DNA of 64,000 bases from an uncultured Clostridia bacterium. Lineage in GTDB: Bacteria; Bacillota; Clostridia; TANB77; UBA1234. Position 1 is the stretch's first letter; every line of letters starts with the position of its first letter. The notes beneath the pieces are model-generated. The model had not been told where the DNA came from and did no database searches. It saw nothing but the letters and a program-made list of their open reading frames with translations. The stretch is from NCBI GenBank assembly GCA_947164995.1, contig CAMUYU010000001.1, forward strand, positions 23,164 to 87,163, read 5' to 3'. Shown in pieces: positions 59,160 to 64,000 of the stretch. Made by a program: the position numbers and the translations under genes.

Positions 59160-61040
59160 TTATTTATTTTCTAACTCATGTAAATATATTAAAAGTACAG
59201 ATATATCCGCAGAGGAAACGCCTGAAATTCTTGAGGCTTGGCCAATATTATCAGGCTTAAATTTGTTTAATTTTTGACGAGCTTCTAATCTAATTCCTTG
59301 GATTTTTTCATAATCAATATCCTTAGGAAGTTTCTTTATTTCATTCTTTTTAAAATTCTTAATTTGTTCTTCTTGAAGTTTTATATATCCTTCATATTTT
59401 ATCTCAATATTAACTTCTTCCTTTTCAAGAATCGATAGAGAAGGTCTATCTTTATCTAAAGGAGCTAATTTATCATAGTCTAATTCTGTACGCTTAATTA
59501 AATCAGAAAGTTTTACACCATTTGTTATTTCTGTTGTATCATATTTTCTTAAAAGTGCATTTGTGGCTTCATTTGGTTTAATTGTAAGGCTTTTAACTCT
59601 TTGAATTTCACTTTCAATATTGTTATATTTTTGAATAAATTTATTATATCTATCATCATCAATTAGTCCAATTTCGTGACCTATTGGAGTTAATCTTTTA
59701 TCTGCATTATCTTGTCTTAAAAGAAGTCTATATTCTGCACGAGATGTCATCATTCTATAAGGTTCATTAGTGCCTTTTGTAACTAAATCATCAATTAGAA
59801 CACCAATATATGCTTGAGATCTATCAAGTATAATAGGGGACTTATCTTGAATCTTTCTAACAGCGTTAATACCTGCAATCAAGCCTTGTGCAGCAGCTTC
59901 TTCATAACCAGAAGAACCATTTACTTGTCCTGCAAAAAATAGTCCATCGATTGTTTTGTATTCAAGGCTAAGTTTTAGGTTTGTAGAATCTATACAATCA
60001 TATTCGATAGCATAGGCGGGACGTGTAAATTCACAATTTTCTAATCCTGGAACTGTTCTATATAAAGCTATTTGAACTTCTTCTGGAAGTGAACTAGACA
60101 TGCCTTGAATGTACATTTCTTCGGTATTTTCACCTAATGGTTCTACAAATATTTGATGTCTTTCTTTATCTTTAAATCTAACAACTTTATCTTCAATTGA
60201 AGGGCAATATCTTGGGCCAACGCCAACGATTTCGCCGCCAAATAGAGGAGAGCGATGTAGATTTTTTCTTATGATTTCATGTGTATTTTCATTAGTATAA
60301 GTTAAGTAACATGGTAATTGATTTTCTTTTGCTTTACCTTCATTAGTAAAAGAAAAGTGCTCTATATCTGTTTCGCCTGGTTGTATTTCCATCTTTGAAA
60401 AATCTATACTTCTTCTATTAATTCTTGCAGGAGTTCCTGTTTTAAATCTTCTTGTTTCTATGCCTATTTCATGTAAGCTATCACTTAAGAAATTAGCTGG
60501 AAATACACCATCAGGGCCACTTTCATAGCTTGCTTCACCAATAAAGATTTTTCCTTTTAAGTAAGTTCCAGAGCACAAAACTACACATTTACAAAAATAT
60601 TCTCCGCCTGTTTTTGTTAATACTGATTTTATTTTGTTCTCTTCAACGTTATACTTAATTACTTCTGCTTGTTTTATATCCAAATTTTCTTGTAATTCTA
60701 AAGTATGTTTCATTTCTGCAGAATATTTTCTTCTATCTGCTTGTGCTCTTAAAGAATATACTGCCGGGCCTTTTGATTTATTTAACATCTTTAATTGCAA
60801 ATAGGTTTTATCTATATTTTTACCCATTTCACCACCTAAGGCATCGATTTCTTTTACAAGATGACCTTTTGAAGTACCTCCAATATGTGGATTACAAGGC
60901 ATATTTGCAACTGTATCCATATTAATTGTGAAAAGACATGTTTTCATTCCTAGGCGCGCAGAAGCAAGAGCTGCTTCACAACCTGCGTGACCAGCTCCAA
61001 TTACTATAATATCATATTCTCCTGCATTATAAGTTACCAT
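59160..61040 (-). CDS. mnmG: tRNA uridine-5-carboxymethylaminomethyl synthesis enzyme MnmG (GidA)
   Basis: N-terminal FAD motif [15 protein letters not shown] and a full-length GidA-like sequence. Confidence 0.95.
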   Translation of the reverse strand: MVTYNAGEYDIIVIGAGHAGCEAALASARLGMKTCLFTINMDTVANMPCNPHIGGTSKGHLVKEIDALGGEMGKNIDKTYLQLKMLNKSKGPAVYSLRAQADRRKYSAEMKHTLELQENLDIKQAEVIKYNVEENKIKSVLTKTGGEYFCKCVVLCSGTYLKGKIFIGEASYESGPDGVFPANFLSDSLHEIGIETRRFKTGTPARINRRSIDFSKMEIQPGETDIEHFSFTNEGKAKENQLPCYLTYTNENTHEIIRKNLHRSPLFGGEIVGVGPRYCPSIEDKVVRFKDKERHQIFVEPLGENTEEMYIQGMSSSLPEEVQIALYRTVPGLENCEFTRPAYAIEYDCIDSTNLKLSLEYKTIDGLFFAGQVNGSSGYEEAAAQGLIAGINAVRKIQDKSPIILDRSQAYIGVLIDDLVTKGTNEPYRMMTSRAEYRLLLRQDNADKRLTPIGHEIGLIDDDRYNKFIQKYNNIESEIQRVKSLTIKPNEATNALLRKYDTTEITNGVKLSDLIKRTELDYDKLAPLDKDRPSLSILEKEEVNIEIKYEGYIKLQEEQIKNFKKNEIKKLPKDIDYEKIQGIRLEARQKLNKFKPDNIGQASRISGVSSADISVLLIYLHELENK

Positions 61041-61054
61041 TTTTATCCTTCCTT

Positions 61055-61070
61055 TGTTTCACGTGTAACA
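61055..61070. promoter_or_regulatory. parS-like site tgtttcacgtgtaaca (1 mismatch to consensus)
   Basis: A 16-bp site in the 35-nt mnmE-mnmG intergenic spacer. Confidence 0.55.
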
Positions 61071-61075
61071 GATAG

Positions 61076-62431
61076 TTATTTTCCTAAACAGAATTTAGAA
61101 AATATTCCATTTATTATATCTTCTGAAACATTCTCTCCAAGTATTTCTCCTAAATATGATATTCCATTTTGAATATCTATTGATATCATATCTAGAGGAG
61201 TACCAACTTCTGTTGCTTTTACTATGTTTTCAAAACTTATAATTGTTTTATCAATAGCTTCTTTATGTCTCTTATTAGTAATGATAATATCATTATTCTT
61301 TTCAATTTCTTTTGCTTTAAAATCTTCTATAATTCTATCTAAAAGCTCATTGATTCCTATGTTTTTTTTAGCTGAAATGCTTAAAATTTCGCTGTTTTTA
61401 GCATATTTCAAAAGATTTTCAGAAATTTTATCATTTATATCTATTTTATTTAATAATATATATTTTTTATGATTCTTAATATTATCTAGAAGTTCTATAT
61501 CTTCATTATCAAGTTCTATTGAGTTGTCTAAAACTAAAAGAACTAAATCCGAATTTTCAATTGCTTCTTTACTTTTAGATACTCCAATGCTTTCAACAAC
61601 ATCGCTTGTTTCATGAATACCTGCAGTATCTACAATATTTAATGCAACTCCCTTATATACAATAGATTCTTCTATTGTATCTCTAGTTGTACCAGCAATA
61701 TCTGTAACTATTGCACGTTCTTCTTTTAATAAGCGATTAAGTAGGGAAGATTTACCTACATTTGGCTTTCCAACTATTGCAATATTAATACCATCTTTAA
61801 TTATTTTTCCTTCTTCATACGATGTAGCTAGTTCTTTTAAATCCACCAAAAGTGCTTCGATTGTGCTTTTTACTTTGTTTCTACTAATTTCTTCTATATC
61901 ATATTCTGGATAATCTATATTTGCTTCTAAATCTACTAAAATATCAATTGCACGCTGTTTAATATTTCTTATTTTATCTCCTATAACACCTTCTAATTGT
62001 TTTGCAGATGTTTGGTTTTCTATCTTTGTTTTACTGTTTATAAGATCTATAACCGCTTCTGCTTGAGATAAATCAAGTTTCCCGTTTAAGAATGCTCTCT
62101 TTGTAAATTCTCCAGGTTCTGCCATAATTGCCCCATTTTTAAGTACTAAATCAAGTATTCTTTGTACTATTAGGATTCCTCCATGAGAGTTAATTTCAAC
62201 TACATCTTCACCTGTATATGAATTAGGTGCTTTAAAATATGATACAAGAACTTCATCTATCATTTCGCTATTATCAAAGATTTTACCATATACTATTGTG
62301 TTTGGAAGAAATCCATCATTTTTTGACACAAATATCTTTTTTGCTATTTCTTTAGCTTTTTCTCCACTAATCCTTACAATACCAATGCCTCCATGACCTA
62401 TAGGTGTTGATATAGCAGCTATTGTATCCAT
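61076..62431 (-). CDS. mnmE: tRNA modification GTPase MnmE (TrmE)
   Basis: N-terminal MDTIAAISTP, G-domain motifs GKPNVGKSSLLN, DTAG and NKID, and a C-terminal CxGK. Confidence 0.95.
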   Translation of the reverse strand: MDTIAAISTPIGHGGIGIVRISGEKAKEIAKKIFVSKNDGFLPNTIVYGKIFDNSEMIDEVLVSYFKAPNSYTGEDVVEINSHGGILIVQRILDLVLKNGAIMAEPGEFTKRAFLNGKLDLSQAEAVIDLINSKTKIENQTSAKQLEGVIGDKIRNIKQRAIDILVDLEANIDYPEYDIEEISRNKVKSTIEALLVDLKELATSYEEGKIIKDGINIAIVGKPNVGKSSLLNRLLKEERAIVTDIAGTTRDTIEESIVYKGVALNIVDTAGIHETSDVVESIGVSKSKEAIENSDLVLLVLDNSIELDNEDIELLDNIKNHKKYILLNKIDINDKISENLLKYAKNSEILSISAKKNIGINELLDRIIEDFKAKEIEKNNDIIITNKRHKEAIDKTIISFENIVKATEVGTPLDMISIDIQNGISYLGEILGENVSEDIINGIFSKFCLGK

Positions 62432-62509
62432 ATTTTTTCGCCTCCTTTTACTTTACAAAATCACGTTACATAATTATATCACAAATACGCCTATTTTCAA
62501 GTATTTGCT

Positions 62510-62545
62510 TTAAAAAAGCTTGCAATTAATATTGCAAGCTTTTAA
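62510..62545 (-). terminator. Rho-independent terminator between jag and mnmE
   Basis: Perfect 11-bp stem aaagcttgcaa / ttgcaagcttt, a 7-nt loop and a U6 run on the minus strand. Confidence 0.7.
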
Positions 62546-62547
62546 TA

Positions 62548-63288
62548 CTATTTAAGTGCTATTACAACTTTTCTATAAGGTTCTTCACCAACACTAAATG
62601 TTGTAACTTTTGGATGATTTTGAAGAGCTGTATGTATAGCTTTTCTTTCAAATGCTGTCATAGGTTCAAATGTGAAGTTTTTCTTCTTTTTGACTACTAT
62701 GTCTGCTTCTTTAACTGCAAGCCCTTTAAGACTATTTGTACGTTTTTCTCTGTAGTTTTCTGAGTCTAATATAACTCTAATTCTTTGTTCACAATCTTTG
62801 TTAGCAACTGCAGAAACTAGTGTTTGAAGTGCTTCCATTGTTTCGCCTCTATAACCAATTATTAATCCTGCATTATCGCCTGAAATAGTTACATAGAAGT
62901 ATCCGTTTTCATATTTTGTTTCTTTTGTAAGATCTAATTGCATTACTTTGAAATAATCATCTAAAAACTCATTGATTTTTACTGTAGCTTTTTCTACTGT
63001 TTCGTTATCTAACTCAACTATTACTTTCTCTTTTACTGGCTCTTTTGAAGCTTTCTCAATGTTATTAGTGCTTTCTTTTGAATGTGATTGATGTTTTCCA
63101 GAAGTCTTTTCTGTAATTAATAGCTTAACTTGTCTTGGTTCTAATATGCTAAAGAATGATTTTTTTGCTTGGCTTTGATCTTTAATTATTTCTATTGTAA
63201 CATCATCTTCAGTAAGTCCAAGTTGTTCTAAGCCGCTTTTTAGAGCTTCATCATAAGTTTTTCCAATGCTTTCAACAACTTTTGCCAT
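62548..63288 (-). CDS. jag: Jag/KhpB RNA-binding protein (KH + R3H domains)
   Basis: A KH-like region and a C-terminal R3H (FEPMTAFERKAIHTALQ). It lies downstream of yidC. Confidence 0.85.
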   Translation of the reverse strand: MAKVVESIGKTYDEALKSGLEQLGLTEDDVTIEIIKDQSQAKKSFFSILEPRQVKLLITEKTSGKHQSHSKESTNNIEKASKEPVKEKVIVELDNETVEKATVKINEFLDDYFKVMQLDLTKETKYENGYFYVTISGDNAGLIIGYRGETMEALQTLVSAVANKDCEQRIRVILDSENYREKRTNSLKGLAVKEADIVVKKKKNFTFEPMTAFERKAIHTALQNHPKVTTFSVGEEPYRKVVIALK

Positions 63289-63348
63289 TTATAATTCCTC
63301 CTCATTTATATAATATAGCTGAGACTGTATCACAGCTATTTGTTACCA

Positions 63349-64000
63349 TTATTTTTTATTCTTCTTTTTCTTTTTAGAAAAGTTCTTGTTTTTTCCATTA
63401 TTGTTATTTTTCTTTTCTTCAACAATTGGATTTTGTACAGTATTTTCAAGGTTTTCAGCTTCTATTACTACTTCTGTTGAAGAATTATTTTTATCACCTT
63501 TATCTAAAAACTTTTGTGTTACATATTGAATTATAATTTGTAAGAAACTATTTGTAAACCAGTATAGTCCCATACCTTGTGGAACACTTGCACTAATCCA
63601 TCCTGAAAGAATTGGCATTGTTATATTCATTGTTCTCATATCTGGCATCTCTATTTCGTTACCATCTGCATCTTTCATTTTAGGTTGAGTTTTTTGTTTT
63701 TTAGTAACCATTGCTAATGATAAATAATAGAAAATAGTCGTAAGAACTGGAAATACCCATAATTTCCAATCTTTCATATTTTGAACCGTAATATCTCCAA
63801 GGAATATTCCAAATATTGTAAGTTTTTCTGGTTCATACTTATTCTTTAAAATATCTATTTCATAATATCTATTTCTTAGTTTGTAGTAATTAACATATGT
63901 AAGTATTTCGTCATCTCCACTTGTGTTTTGAGTAGCTTTCTTTACTAGTGAATCGCCAGAGTTTTCATTAATAAAGCTTACTACATAACTTTCAAATGCT
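63349..64000 (-). CDS. yidC: Membrane protein insertase YidC/SpoIIIJ/OxaA (C-terminal part; gene continues past the window end)
   Basis: The frame is open to the window edge. TM segments and a K-rich C-terminal tail (KKKKKNKK) are typical of Gram-positive YidC. It lies upstream of jag. Confidence 0.75.
   Translation of the reverse strand, partial: AFESYVVSFINENSGDSLVKKATQNTSGDDEILTYVNYYKLRNRYYEIDILKNKYEPEKLTIFGIFLGDITVQNMKDWKLWVFPVLTTIFYYLSLAMVTKKQKTQPKMKDADGNEIEMPDMRTMNITMPILSGWISASVPQGMGLYWFTNSFLQIIIQYVTQKFLDKGDKNNSSTEVVIEAENLENTVQNPIVEEKKNNNNGKNKNFSKKKKKNKK

Noticed and set aside
62432-64000. Looked for DnaA boxes (ttatccaca) and an oriC AT-rich unwinding element near jag/yidC.
   Set aside because: No clustered DnaA boxes were found. 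oriC, rnpA, rpmH and dnaA are expected just beyond the window end.

Overview
This window is low-GC (about 28-30% GC) Firmicutes/Clostridia-like chromosomal DNA, and almost every gene lies on the minus strand.

The right end (56.3-64 kb) is the conserved block next to the replication origin: partial yidC, jag, mnmE, mnmG, rsmG, parA and parB. It has two parS-like palindromes and ends in two tRNA-Ser genes. dnaA and oriC are not in the window.

The left part (0.6-20 kb) holds a MacAB-type efflux trio (HlyD adaptor, ABC ATPase, FtsX permease). It also holds an NrdD homolog that appears to lack its C-terminal glycyl-radical/Zn-ribbon domain, a Crp/Fnr regulator, and a single-gene GC-rich island. 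The rest is a rearranged cell-shape/division cluster: pbp2, mreDCB, radC, a 418-aa unknown protein, dusB, rodA, minE (with a long E/K-rich tail), minD, and minC displaced to the far end.

The middle (20-26 kb) has LtaS, a cold-shock protein, a secreted protein with a type-I dockerin, and tRNA-Gly.

The most striking region is a roughly 30-kb accessory surface-protein island between tRNA-Gly and the tRNA-Ser pair. It contains an ABC ATPase plus an ABC-2 permease fused to a CPBP intramembrane protease. It also contains a roughly 6,188-aa (18.6 kb) secreted giant protein and two paralogous lipoproteins. The giant is built of Ig/MBG repeats, an embedded FGE-sulfatase-like domain, Listeria-Bacteroides (Flg_new) repeats, and six DUF285/BspA-like super-repeats. 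The island ends with a second 1,800-aa MBG/LRR/Flg_new surface protein that has an unusual Cys/His/Trp-rich N-terminal module and a near-perfect 477-bp tandem duplication.

I found no CRISPR array, transposase or integrase.
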